Source: Methanobacteriota archaeon (GTDB taxonomy: Archaea > Thermoplasmatota > Thermoplasmata > SG8-5 > JAGLSY01). Taken from it: a stretch of 48,415 nt of DNA. Below, in pieces: positions 14,775 to 25,019 of the stretch. Position 1 is the stretch's first letter. Every line of letters begins with the position of its first letter. The translations under genes and the position numbers were made by a program. The DNA lies in NCBI GenBank assembly GCA_020696385.1, contig JAEHCQ010000009.1:1-48415 (forward strand). The letters are read 5' to 3'. The notes beneath the pieces are model-generated. The model was given only the letters and a program-made list of their open reading frames with translations, did not search any database and was not told the origin of the DNA.

Positions 14775-17700
14775 ATTAGTCAAATAACTTCAAGTAGGGT
14801 AGAACTGGGAAGGAGAAAGACGATCTCGATTTTTATTATCATATCAATGGTATTGACAAGTATGGCGGCATTGTCTCCTGTCATCACACAGGATGCGAAG
14901 GGCTGGGTGTCTCCAGATTCATCCGCAATTCTGACATTTGATGACCTTGTCATACTGTCAGGTGGCCTGGCCGTATCTGACATAGGTCCTGGCCAGTACC
15001 TGGTGCATGAGCCGATTACCATCATGCCCAGTGATACACTGATGCTCATGGGAGGAGAGAATGTGATGTTCGATCCATTCATGGGCATAGCACTTGAGAT
15101 AGAGGGATTCTTCGATGCCAATATGGGCATGGGTGCAACATTCCACTCTGCTGGGCCAGGTAGCTGGCAAGGCATCAGGATCCAGGGCAATGGTGGCATG
15201 ATGGCCAATCAATTGAATATCTGGGATGCTGTTGATGGTATCTACGCAGATCATTCATTCGGTTTTGGAATGATGCAGATCGATATGTGCACGATATTAG
15301 GGTGTTCGAACACTGGCATAACCATGATAGGCACGATGGGCGGCCCCGGAATTAACATGAACATGATCCAGGGCTGTGATATCGGTATATATCTAAAGGA
15401 CACATCAGCCCAGTGTTTCAATGATCAGGTAATGGACTGTAATATTGGAATTATGGTAGAAGGTGATTTCGGGCCAATGATCAATATGTGCCAGATAGAA
15501 AATAATTATGTTAATGGCATCTATCTCAAAGATGCTGCCACAGTTGGGATAATGGCTAGTACCTTCAGGAATAACTTTGGCGAGGATACGATATCTTTGT
15601 ATAACTCATCAGCAAATATAGATGGAAATTCAATATATTCTTACAATGCCAGTGGTGGCTCTGGCGAGTCTGGAAGAAATGGTATTGTAATAAATGGGAC
15701 CGTGGAATGGGGCCAATCATGGATATCGAACAATTGGATATTCGGCGGCCACGGTGACGAAGGCCAGAATGGCGGACATGCTATTCTGATCGAGGAGCTC
15801 GTGGGCAATGCCAGTAATGGCTGGACAGATAATATCATGATCCAGAACAATAATATTCTCCAGGGAGGAGCTGGTGGAATGAACGCCCTTCCAGGCGGTA
15901 GAGCTGGTGATGGCGGGAGCGGTATCTTGGTTCTTGACCTTCCTAATGAAGAGGACTGGCTGGCCGATGAGCAATCTGTTATAATCGAAAATAATCTCGA
16001 GATATGCGGAGGCGGCGGGGGCGACAGTATGGATCCCACCAACGGATTTGCAGGAAATGGAGGGAATGGCATCTGCGTGTTCAATTCAGATGGATTGGGG
16101 AATATCAGGATCACAGATAATGGTCCTATAGAAGGCGGTGACGGCGGCATCAACATGGCCCCTATGGCTGGTGGTGCCGGTGGCAGTGCCATTAGCTTCG
16201 AAGATGTTACCAGGCCAGGAAGCCGGGTTGGTGGTGCATTGGTCTTCCCAGGATCTGAAGCTGGACCAGTTAATCCGGGATTTCGATTCGGTGGCATGGG
16301 TATCAAATTAGAAAATTGCTCGAACTTCGATATTTGGAATGTCAGTGGTAATACCCAGTGGTACTTACTGAGAATCGATGGGTGCTTTGGAGATATCAGC
16401 ACCTCAAACATATCTATCGAGGATTCTGACATTAATATGGGAGGTCTTGTCAAGATCACCAACACTACGAGCAATGGAACACATTTGAATTGGAGTTTCT
16501 CAGCCCCCATGCCATTACCAGCAATGCCACTACCACCTGTCATAGCATCAAATGTAACCAGTATACATGTGACTCGGGTAGTACTAGCTCCTATAGCATG
16601 GCAGGATGGCATGGTTCTCGATAATTGTAATGATTGGGAACTCTCTGACATAGATATTGATGTGACCGATGGTACTGGTCTGTATTTCGAGAACAGTGAA
16701 AACATCACCCTCATGAATGCCAATGTCACGGCCAAGAATGGCTCTGCTGTTAAATTGAACAATACCAACGGTTCATTCATGGTGGACTCCTTCTTTGATG
16801 TGGAATACAATATCACGTTCCCCAGCGCGCCCACTGGTATATTGATTGAAAATTCCTCAAGAGCCACAATCAGGAACTCCACGGTCACAGTGAAAAATGG
16901 CTCTGCTATTAACAATAAAAAGTCAAATGGCACTTTCATGGTCGATTCTTTCTTTGATGTGGAATATGAGATCGATTTCCCTGATGCGCCAAATATCTTG
17001 ACCCAGAATTCCACAAATACCACGATCCAGAATAGTACGATCCGAAATGGAAAAGCAGGCATTCTGGTGAATAACTGCAGCGGACTGATCATTCTTAACA
17101 ACTCGATCGTGGCTCCTGAGAATGTCGTGCCGGGTTACCTTCCCTGGAGGGAGGGGGTGAACATCCCTGATGATGACGTTGACGAGGACAGGGATGGCAT
17201 TCCTGCCATTTGGGAATACTTTGCGAACAATACTTTTGAGAACTGGAATGTCAGTATCAATCTCACTCTGTTGGGTGATTGTGGCAACAGGTGCTACAGC
17301 ATTGCCAATAATTCAATTTTCAATTCATCCGGAGCCGGTGTGATGATAAACCTCAACAGGGCTGCTGGAGATTCCATATTTGATCTGAATTTTGAGGGCA
17401 ATAATATATCAAATTGCGGCATTGGCCTCGATATCTTTAACACAGAGGAATACAGCTCACCACACCCTGATGACGTGGACATTTTTGGCAACCATATTGC
17501 CAGATGTGATGAGGGGGTCACAATTAGCATTCCATTCTATGATATACCTTCATTCCCGATAGAGGAAATTCCAAAATACACGTTCAATGCAAATACCATT
17601 GAAGACTGCTCAAGGGCCGTTTCTTATGCAAGTGATTTTAGAACACAATTAATAACATCATTAGACCCTGATGAGATACCGCCGACTGTAATTGATTTTG

Positions 17701-19457
17701 GAAAAGTTACCAATATATTCGACAATTGCACGGAAGGCCTTTTTATCGTGAATGCGACCTTTTTTTCAGTGGATCAGAATCATTTCCAGGACAATGACGA
17801 GGCTCTTATCATCAAAAACTCCGCAATGTTCTTAGTAAGAAATGGCATCTTTGAGAACAATAATATGGGCATTTCTCTGGTAAACTGCACAAATGGCTCG
17901 GTCTATCATAATAATTTCATCAATAATGCTATCCAGGCTCAGGATGACGGCTCAACTGTTCTGTGGGACAATGGATATCCCTCTGGTGGAAATTACTGGA
18001 GTGATTATGGCGGAGTTGATGTCAATACCGGTCCACTGCAGGACCAACCTGGAGCTGATGGACTGGGTGATACACCTTACATCATTGATGGTGATTCCAG
18101 TGACATGTATCCACTTATAACACCCTGGAATCCACTATTGGTCCCGCCACAGGGCTGGTATAGTGCCATGTCCCCTGCAAATGGCTCGACAAGGTCAACT
18201 GGCATGGTCATAGATATTTACGCAGATTACCTGAGTGATATCAATTTCACTTCGGCCACTATTTGGGAACGAGAAATATTTCCAACTCCTAGTGCCTGGA
18301 CCCCTGTCGGAATGACAGATCTCTGGTGGGATGAAAGTGCTGGTTTCCTGGTCACGTTTAATGGCCCTATAATTAGAGCCTATGCGGCAACTCTTGAATA
18401 TTATGTGGAATTGAGGGATGCCAATGGTCTTCCAACTGCTTTGGACATAAGGGTGATACACTTCTCCCAGGATGTACCACATTCCCATGTTGACCCAATA
18501 ACTCCTTACAATCAAAGTACCTCGCCAGTTGCAATAACAGCAACGGTGACATATGTGGATGCCTGGCCTACCAGCAATGTTTCATTGTACTATCGTTACA
18601 GCACTGATAATTCAACCTGGGGTTCCTGGATCTTGTTCGAGGTCGATGAGACCATAACAGAATGGGAATGGGATTTCGACTTCCCTGGCGGTGATGGCTA
18701 TTATCGATTCTACTCCAGAGCTACAAACTCCGGTGGTGTGAGTGAATGGGATCCCAACACAGCCTTCGTGTCAGAGGATTATTCCGAGGGTGATATATCA
18801 TTTACATCATCTGCACCAGCTTCTTCATGGGATCTATACAACGGTCAGAACTTCAGGACTTTCACAAACGCACTTACACCGGGCTGGCAGGCCTCTGACC
18901 TGGCTATCGATATCATATCTTACATGAACACCAATTACGCTGAGGGACTTGCCAATGAGGATGTGACTGTTACAAAATACGATTCAACAACTGGTCTGTA
19001 TCAGACCTGCTACTACTGGGCAGCCGTTATGATGTGGTGGTCGGACTTCGCACTGGCCGAGGGAGATTGCTATATCATCGAGATCGCATCTGGTACATTG
19101 TCAACACAACCAAGAGGCTATGAAATGCCAAACTTTGAGATAAGCTCCGCTCTTACTATCGATCTGTACAATGGTCAGAACTTCAGGGGATTACCTGTGA
19201 CCACGTCCACTCTGGCATCAGAGGTCGCACTGGATGTTATATCTTACATCAATGCCAATTATGGAGAAGGGCTTGTTAATGTAGATGTGACCGTGACCAA
19301 GTATGACTCAACAACCGGTCTGTACACAACCTGTTACTACTGGGCAGCTGTTATGATGTGGTGGTCTGACTTTGCAATAACACCAGGTGATGGCTACATA
19401 ATCGAGATCGCATCAGGAGCATTATCCACTCAGCCGAGGGCTTACACTCCAAGCTAA
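14775..19457 (+). CDS. Large secreted parallel beta-helix (NosD-like) surface protein with duplicated C-terminal module
   Basis: Repeated GI.L...N..I..N beta-helix rungs, WDNGYPSGGNYWSDY motif, Gly-rich inserts. The track start is 14847, but the frame is open from 14751 and includes the RRK n-region of the signal peptide; GGAGTGA precedes ATT at 14775. Confidence 0.85.
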   Translation: MSQITSSRVELGRRKTISIFIIISMVLTSMAALSPVITQDAKGWVSPDSSAILTFDDLVILSGGLAVSDIGPGQYLVHEPITIMPSDTLMLMGGENVMFDPFMGIALEIEGFFDANMGMGATFHSAGPGSWQGIRIQGNGGMMANQLNIWDAVDGIYADHSFGFGMMQIDMCTILGCSNTGITMIGTMGGPGINMNMIQGCDIGIYLKDTSAQCFNDQVMDCNIGIMVEGDFGPMINMCQIENNYVNGIYLKDAATVGIMASTFRNNFGEDTISLYNSSANIDGNSIYSYNASGGSGESGRNGIVINGTVEWGQSWISNNWIFGGHGDEGQNGGHAILIEELVGNASNGWTDNIMIQNNNILQGGAGGMNALPGGRAGDGGSGILVLDLPNEEDWLADEQSVIIENNLEICGGGGGDSMDPTNGFAGNGGNGICVFNSDGLGNIRITDNGPIEGGDGGINMAPMAGGAGGSAISFEDVTRPGSRVGGALVFPGSEAGPVNPGFRFGGMGIKLENCSNFDIWNVSGNTQWYLLRIDGCFGDISTSNISIEDSDINMGGLVKITNTTSNGTHLNWSFSAPMPLPAMPLPPVIASNVTSIHVTRVVLAPIAWQDGMVLDNCNDWELSDIDIDVTDGTGLYFENSENITLMNANVTAKNGSAVKLNNTNGSFMVDSFFDVEYNITFPSAPTGILIENSSRATIRNSTVTVKNGSAINNKKSNGTFMVDSFFDVEYEIDFPDAPNILTQNSTNTTIQNSTIRNGKAGILVNNCSGLIILNNSIVAPENVVPGYLPWREGVNIPDDDVDEDRDGIPAIWEYFANNTFENWNVSINLTLLGDCGNRCYSIANNSIFNSSGAGVMINLNRAAGDSIFDLNFEGNNISNCGIGLDIFNTEEYSSPHPDDVDIFGNHIARCDEGVTISIPFYDIPSFPIEEIPKYTFNANTIEDCSRAVSYASDFRTQLITSLDPDEIPPTVIDFGKVTNIFDNCTEGLFIVNATFFSVDQNHFQDNDEALIIKNSAMFLVRNGIFENNNMGISLVNCTNGSVYHNNFINNAIQAQDDGSTVLWDNGYPSGGNYWSDYGGVDVNTGPLQDQPGADGLGDTPYIIDGDSSDMYPLITPWNPLLVPPQGWYSAMSPANGSTRSTGMVIDIYADYLSDINFTSATIWEREIFPTPSAWTPVGMTDLWWDESAGFLVTFNGPIIRAYAATLEYYVELRDANGLPTALDIRVIHFSQDVPHSHVDPITPYNQSTSPVAITATVTYVDAWPTSNVSLYYRYSTDNSTWGSWILFEVDETITEWEWDFDFPGGDGYYRFYSRATNSGGVSEWDPNTAFVSEDYSEGDISFTSSAPASSWDLYNGQNFRTFTNALTPGWQASDLAIDIISYMNTNYAEGLANEDVTVTKYDSTTGLYQTCYYWAAVMMWWSDFALAEGDCYIIEIASGTLSTQPRGYEMPNFEISSALTIDLYNGQNFRGLPVTTSTLASEVALDVISYINANYGEGLVNVDVTVTKYDSTTGLYTTCYYWAAVMMWWSDFAITPGDGYIIEIASGALSTQPRAYTPS

Positions 19458-19506
19458 TAAATATCACTTGAGAAACATTTATTTGCTCATAGACCAATAA
19501 CATCTC

Positions 19507-20949
19507 ATGAAGGGAAGTGGAGTAACATTGCTTGTGGTCCTTGTGCTAATTCTGAGTTTTTTAGCTCCAGTTATGCCGGGATCCGGTGGAAAAGGCAAGG
19601 CGAAGATCGAAATGGACGAGCCAGAGCCAGTTCCGAGCGCATTTCCAACTTCGATGTTGGACCCCTTTATGTCAGACGTATCAACAGTCGGCTTTTTCGT
19701 AGCTGGCGTAATTGATATCGTTGGGGCGAACGTAATTGTAGATGTTGACAGCACTACAGATGCTTTTGCAGATGGAGCCGGTAACTTCGGTTCTTTCTCT
19801 GGAACAAGCAATGCCAATGGGGTATACAGAGTAAGTGTAATTGGTCTTAATGAAGCTTTCACCTATTACTACAGGGTCAGGTTCGTCGATGGAGCAGACA
19901 CCACATACTTCCCTGGAGCAGGCGCAGCTGTTGGTCCAGAGAGGATCGGAACATCAGGCATGGGTCCAGTCAACACAGCGGTTTCCATGATCTCTTATGA
20001 GAGGATAACTGGAACACCACAGGATGGAATGCTGGCATACATGACTGTTGACAACTCATGGCCATTGACATTCATCACAGTGCCCGCACCCGCAGGATTT
20101 GCTGCCTTTAACGGCAATAACTTGAGGGACAAGACAACTGGATACGACTACACACAGAACGATGCAACATCCACCTTCCGCTTAGGCTCATACGGAATGT
20201 GGGATGACGGAACTGGAACGGAATACTGGGCATCAAATATGACTGACAACACATACATTGGTATTCCAGTCCCATTACAGAGAGTGGACACCTACCCGCC
20301 ATATGAGCCCCAAACAACATCATGGGATCTCTACAATGGCAGGAACTTTGTAACATTTTCAAGTGATACGTCTGGACGGATGGTAGAAGATGTTTGCTAT
20401 GAGATCGTGGCCTATATGAATGCGAACTATGGCGAGGGCATGATCATTGAGGATATTGCGATCACCAAATTTGACAGTGTAACTGGCTTGTACAAAACAA
20501 GTTACTTTTGGTCCGCGATCACAATGTGGTGGGAGAACTTTCAATTATACGAGGGCATTTGTTATATCATTGATATCGATCCAGGCACATTCTCTGTACA
20601 GCCAAGAAATTTTGAACTGCCTAACTTAGAGATCACAACAGCTCTTACTATCGATCTGTATAATGGCCAGAATTTCAGAGGATTGCCTGTGACCACGGCC
20701 ACTCTAGCATCTGAGGTCGCCATCGATGTGATCGCATATATCAATGCTAACTACGGAGAGGGCTTGGCTGACGTCGACGTAACAGTGACAAAGTACGACT
20801 CAACAACTGGCCTGTACACAACCTGTTACTACTGGGCAGCTGTTATGATGTGGTGGTCTGACTTCGCGATAGCACCAGGAGAAGGCTACATAATCGAGAT
20901 CGCATCCGGTGCATTGTCAGTCCAACCGAGAGTTTACATCCCCTCTTGA
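19507..20949 (+). CDS. Secreted surface protein; chimera of the N-domain of 25269-28637 and the shared C-terminal module
   Basis: Signal peptide; PSAFPTSMLDPFMSDVSTVGFFVAG... block shared with the 25269 protein; two DLYNG(Q/R)NF...YII(E/D)I modules. Confidence 0.88.
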   Translation: MKGSGVTLLVVLVLILSFLAPVMPGSGGKGKAKIEMDEPEPVPSAFPTSMLDPFMSDVSTVGFFVAGVIDIVGANVIVDVDSTTDAFADGAGNFGSFSGTSNANGVYRVSVIGLNEAFTYYYRVRFVDGADTTYFPGAGAAVGPERIGTSGMGPVNTAVSMISYERITGTPQDGMLAYMTVDNSWPLTFITVPAPAGFAAFNGNNLRDKTTGYDYTQNDATSTFRLGSYGMWDDGTGTEYWASNMTDNTYIGIPVPLQRVDTYPPYEPQTTSWDLYNGRNFVTFSSDTSGRMVEDVCYEIVAYMNANYGEGMIIEDIAITKFDSVTGLYKTSYFWSAITMWWENFQLYEGICYIIDIDPGTFSVQPRNFELPNLEITTALTIDLYNGQNFRGLPVTTATLASEVAIDVIAYINANYGEGLADVDVTVTKYDSTTGLYTTCYYWAAVMMWWSDFAIAPGEGYIIEIASGALSVQPRVYIPS

Positions 20950-20995
20950 TGAACATCCTTAAATCCCAAGTATCCTATTCACCCATGGTGCTAAG

Positions 20996-21844
20996 ATGAA
21001 GGTCATAGGCGGATCAGCTTCCAAATTACTTGCCCAGCAATTGATCGAACAACCCGGTTTCGAGGCCGTGGACATGGTTACCAAGAGGTTTCCAGACACA
21101 GAATATTATGTCAAGATAAATGACGACCTGAAAGGCGAGGATGTCGTCATTATCCAGACCACTTATCCAGACCCGAACATCGTAGAGCTTTTTCTTCTTC
21201 AAGATGCAGTTTCCAGACTAAACCCTGGCTCGATCACCACCATTGTTCCATATTTTGGATACGCCCGGCAGGACAAGGAATTCACCAATGGCGAGGCAGT
21301 TAGTGCGCGAAATATGGCTAAACATATAGGATTGATATCTAATAGAATCTTAACAATAGATATACATAATATCTCTATAATGGATGCTTTCGGAGATCAT
21401 GCTAATAATATAACAGGCATGACTGCCATCGGAGAGTATCTGGCATCTGAAGGTGTGGATGCCATATTGTCTCCAGATGCGGGATCCAAGGACAGAGCCT
21501 CGGTAGCTGCAGGCTCTGCTGGCTGTGGCTGGGACTTCCTTGAAAAGACCCGGATCGACGGCTCGACCGTGGAAATAAAGCCCAAAAGCCTTGATGTGGA
21601 AGGAAAAACAGTAGCGATAGTCGATGATATAATCGCTACCGGTGGAACTATAATCAAGGCCTCGGAGCAGTTGAGGGAACAGGGTGCAAAGAGGGTTATC
21701 GCAGCCTGCACACATGGTCTTTACACGGGTGGAGCAATACCAAAATTAAAGGGTGCCTGTGACATGCTTTTATCAACAGATACACTAGAGAGCGACACAT
21801 CAAAAATAAGCATGGCCAGTATAATTGTAGAAGCTCTAAATTAA
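20996..21844 (+). CDS. prs: Ribose-phosphate pyrophosphokinase
   Basis: KRFPDTE, PYFGYARQDK, SPDAG, PRPP-binding IVDDIIATGGT, ACTHG. Confidence 0.97.
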   Translation: MKVIGGSASKLLAQQLIEQPGFEAVDMVTKRFPDTEYYVKINDDLKGEDVVIIQTTYPDPNIVELFLLQDAVSRLNPGSITTIVPYFGYARQDKEFTNGEAVSARNMAKHIGLISNRILTIDIHNISIMDAFGDHANNITGMTAIGEYLASEGVDAILSPDAGSKDRASVAAGSAGCGWDFLEKTRIDGSTVEIKPKSLDVEGKTVAIVDDIIATGGTIIKASEQLREQGAKRVIAACTHGLYTGGAIPKLKGACDMLLSTDTLESDTSKISMASIIVEALN

Positions 21845-21920
21845 TGACTTTTTATTGTTCGAAAGTTGTACCAAACCGTATATAAAGGGTATCTTTCATA
21901 ACCTGTAATAACATAGTAGT

Positions 21921-21938
21921 AAAAAAGGTATATATATG
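21921..21938 (+). promoter_or_regulatory. BRE/TATA promoter of the 22009 gene
   Basis: AAAAAAGG-TATATATATG, followed by a leader with RBS GGAGGAGG 9 nt before the ATG. Confidence 0.65.
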
Positions 21939-22008
21939 TAAACTACTTTGCGGGTACAAAAACAAGATGAGTTGATTATACTCGCGCAATAGGAGGAGGA
22001 CGAATAAA

Positions 22009-24972
22009 ATGAAACAAAGTATTATGAAAGGAGCTAGCATATTGACAGTCATACTGATGATCAGTATGGTTTTTGCACAACTAGTTATCGCCGCTCCAAT
22101 ACTCCCATCCACAAGGTGGGGAAACACTTCACCAGCAGCAGCTGGGGAGTACGTATTGGCATTTGTCGACGGTAAGCAGTATGGTGTATCAACCGTTACT
22201 GACGCAGCAGGTCTATATTCCGTTGAAGTAATGGGTGACGACCTATCTGACGCCACTGTAAAGATCGGCGGTGTAGATGGGGAGACCATCCAGTTCGTAA
22301 GAGCTACAACTACAAACGGTCTGACCAATGCAGATGCAGGAACATTCTACTCTGCGACCCAGGTTTTCGCATCTGGTGTCACAACCAATGCAGGCTTGAC
22401 CGATCTGGCCGGAGCTTCACCAGCACTCCTTAAGGTAAGTGCAGTGGCAACACAGTCAGCATGGGTAGCCGGCAGCGACTGGATGAGGATATACAACCCA
22501 ACAGGTGCCGATGTTAACATCGCAGGTTGGACATATGACCTCGCAGGAACTGGCGGAGCAATCGCAATCACAGATGCACTCGGCGGAACCGTGTTCCCAG
22601 CAACAAGTGAGATATACGTTCTCGCACCAGGTCTCGCTAACGCAGACTCAATTCAGCTCATCGCCCCAGGCGGATGGGTTGTTGACAGGGTCGAGTACGG
22701 AGCCATCGGAGCATCAGCCTCTGGAGAGACTGACATGAACAACGCAGTAGCACCAATAGCAGGTCAGGAGATCTACAGGGTCGGCTTTGCAGACACAAAC
22801 GACTGCTCAGCAGACTTCGCAGCACAACTTGAGACTGTTGACTTGGTCGCACCAACTGCAGTACCAACACCAGCAGATGGCGCAATCGCTGTCGCAACCG
22901 CAACTGCAACATACACAATAACCTTCAGCGAGCCAATGCAGCCAGTCGGTACACTTGCAACCGATGACCTCCCAGGAGGATCATGGGCATGGACAACAAC
23001 AACAACCTATGTCAAGACCGGATTCACACTTGCAGAAGTAACAGCATATGATGTTATATTGAACACTGACTTCGTTGACCTTTTCGGTAACGCAGTCACA
23101 GGTGATATCACATTTGTCTTCACAACTGCTGATGAGACCGCACCAACTGCAATACCAACACCAGCAGATGGCGCAACCGGTGTCGCAACCGCAACTGCAA
23201 CATACACAATAACCTTCAGCGAACCAATGCAGGCTGTCGGTACACTTGCAACCGATGACCTCCCAGGAGGATCATGGGCATGGACAACAACAACAACCTA
23301 TGTCAAGACCGGATTCACACTTGCTGATTCCACAGCATACGATGTTGTTTTGAACACAAACTTCTTGGACCTTGCAGGTAACCCAGTTACCGGAGACATC
23401 ACATTCGTCTTCACAACTGGTGACTCAACAGCACCAACCGCAACACCAACACCAGCAGACAATGCAGTAGGCGTCGCAGTTGGAACCACAACATACACAA
23501 TCACCTTCAGCGAACCAATGCAGGCTGTAGGTACACTTGCAACCGATGACCTCGTAGGAGGATCATGGGCATGGACAACAACAACAACATACGTCAAGAC
23601 TGGATTCACAGTTGCTTATGATGGAGTATATGATGTTGTATTGAACACAGACTTCTTGGACCTCGCAGGTAACCCAGTTACCGGAGACATCACATTCGTC
23701 TTCACAGTTGAGTCCTTTGTCGATGTTACACCACCAACCTGTGTACCAACACCAGCAGATGGTGCAATCGATGTCGCAGTTGGAACCACAACATACACAA
23801 TCACCTTCAACGAGCCAATGCAGGCTGTAGGTACACTTGCAACCGATGACCTCGTAGGAGGATCATGGGCATGGACAACAACAACAACATACGTCAAGAC
23901 CGGATTCACAGTTGCTTATGATGGAGTATATGATGTTGTATTGAACACAGACTTCTTGGACCTCGCAGGTAACCCAGTTACCGGAGACATCACATTCGTC
24001 TTCACAGTTGAGTCCTTTGTTGATGTTACACCACCAACCTGTGTACCAACACCAGCAGATGGTGCAATCGATGTCGCAGTTGGAACCACAACATACACAA
24101 TCACCTTCAACGAGCCAATGCAGGCTGTAGGTACACTTGCAACCGATGACCTCGTAGGAGGATCATGGGCATGGGCAACAACAACAACATACGTCAAGAC
24201 CGGATTCACAGTTGCTTATGATGGAGTATATGATGTTGTATTGAACACAGACTTCTTGGACCTCGCAGGTAACCCAGTTACCGGAGACATCACATTCGTC
24301 TTCACAGTTGAGACCGATCCAGGCGGCGGTGTAGTCACCTCATGGGACTTGTACAATGGTCAGAACTTCAGAACATTCACAAGTGACCTTACTGCTGGAT
24401 GGCAAGCTTCAAACCTAGCACAGGATGTAATTGCTTTCATCAATGCTAACTACGGAGAGGGCTTGGCTGACGTCGATGTAACAGTGACAAAGTACGACTC
24501 AACAACTGGTCTGTACACAACCTGTTACTACTGGGCAGCTGTTATGATGTGGTGGTCGGACTTCGCACTGGTCGAAGGTGACACATACATCGTTGAGATC
24601 GCATCCGGTGCATTGTCAACACAGCCAAGGAGCTATGATCTACCTAACTTCGAGATCACATCAGCTCTTACCATCGATCTGTACAATGGTCAGAACTTCA
24701 GGGGATTACCTGTGACCACGGCCACTCTGGCATCAGAGGTCGCTATCGATGTGATCGCATATATCAATGCTAACTACGGAGAGGGCTTGGCTGACGTCGA
24801 CGTAACAGTGACAAAGTACGACTCAACAACTGGTCTGTACACAACCTGTTACTACTGGGCAGCTGTTATGATGTGGTGGTCTGACTTTGCAATAACACCA
24901 GGTGATGGATACATAATTGAGATCGCATCCGGTGCATTGTCAACACAGCCAAGAGCATACACACCCTCTTAG
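22009..24972 (+). CDS. S-layer-like surface protein: lamin-tail-like domain, five Big_5-like Ig repeats, duplicated C-terminal module
   Basis: Signal peptide; DWMRIYNPTGADVNIAGW...DSIQL...VDRVEYG (LTD-like); PADGA...ITFSEPM...DLAGN repeats; strong codon bias. Confidence 0.88.
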   Translation: MKQSIMKGASILTVILMISMVFAQLVIAAPILPSTRWGNTSPAAAGEYVLAFVDGKQYGVSTVTDAAGLYSVEVMGDDLSDATVKIGGVDGETIQFVRATTTNGLTNADAGTFYSATQVFASGVTTNAGLTDLAGASPALLKVSAVATQSAWVAGSDWMRIYNPTGADVNIAGWTYDLAGTGGAIAITDALGGTVFPATSEIYVLAPGLANADSIQLIAPGGWVVDRVEYGAIGASASGETDMNNAVAPIAGQEIYRVGFADTNDCSADFAAQLETVDLVAPTAVPTPADGAIAVATATATYTITFSEPMQPVGTLATDDLPGGSWAWTTTTTYVKTGFTLAEVTAYDVILNTDFVDLFGNAVTGDITFVFTTADETAPTAIPTPADGATGVATATATYTITFSEPMQAVGTLATDDLPGGSWAWTTTTTYVKTGFTLADSTAYDVVLNTNFLDLAGNPVTGDITFVFTTGDSTAPTATPTPADNAVGVAVGTTTYTITFSEPMQAVGTLATDDLVGGSWAWTTTTTYVKTGFTVAYDGVYDVVLNTDFLDLAGNPVTGDITFVFTVESFVDVTPPTCVPTPADGAIDVAVGTTTYTITFNEPMQAVGTLATDDLVGGSWAWTTTTTYVKTGFTVAYDGVYDVVLNTDFLDLAGNPVTGDITFVFTVESFVDVTPPTCVPTPADGAIDVAVGTTTYTITFNEPMQAVGTLATDDLVGGSWAWATTTTYVKTGFTVAYDGVYDVVLNTDFLDLAGNPVTGDITFVFTVETDPGGGVVTSWDLYNGQNFRTFTSDLTAGWQASNLAQDVIAFINANYGEGLADVDVTVTKYDSTTGLYTTCYYWAAVMMWWSDFALVEGDTYIVEIASGALSTQPRSYDLPNFEITSALTIDLYNGQNFRGLPVTTATLASEVAIDVIAYINANYGEGLADVDVTVTKYDSTTGLYTTCYYWAAVMMWWSDFAITPGDGYIIEIASGALSTQPRAYTPS
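22849..24312 (+). repeat. Five tandem coding repeats of 291-300 bp
   Basis: Units start near 22849, 23140, 23431, 23731 and 24031; the last units are nearly identical at the DNA level. Confidence 0.92.
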
Positions 24973-24995
24973 TTAGGTTGAGTGAACTAAATAAT

Positions 24996-25019
24996 GGGAC
25001 TCCCGGCAACGGGAGTCCC
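24996..25019. terminator. Hairpin after the 22009 gene
   Basis: GGGACTCCCG-GCAA-CGGGAGTCCC with a GNRA loop. Confidence 0.75.

Noticed and set aside
18825-24969. Diversity-generating retroelement TR/VR pairs among the repeated C-terminal modules
   Set aside because: All copies are coding, differences are not adenine-specific and are mostly synonymous, and no reverse transcriptase is present.
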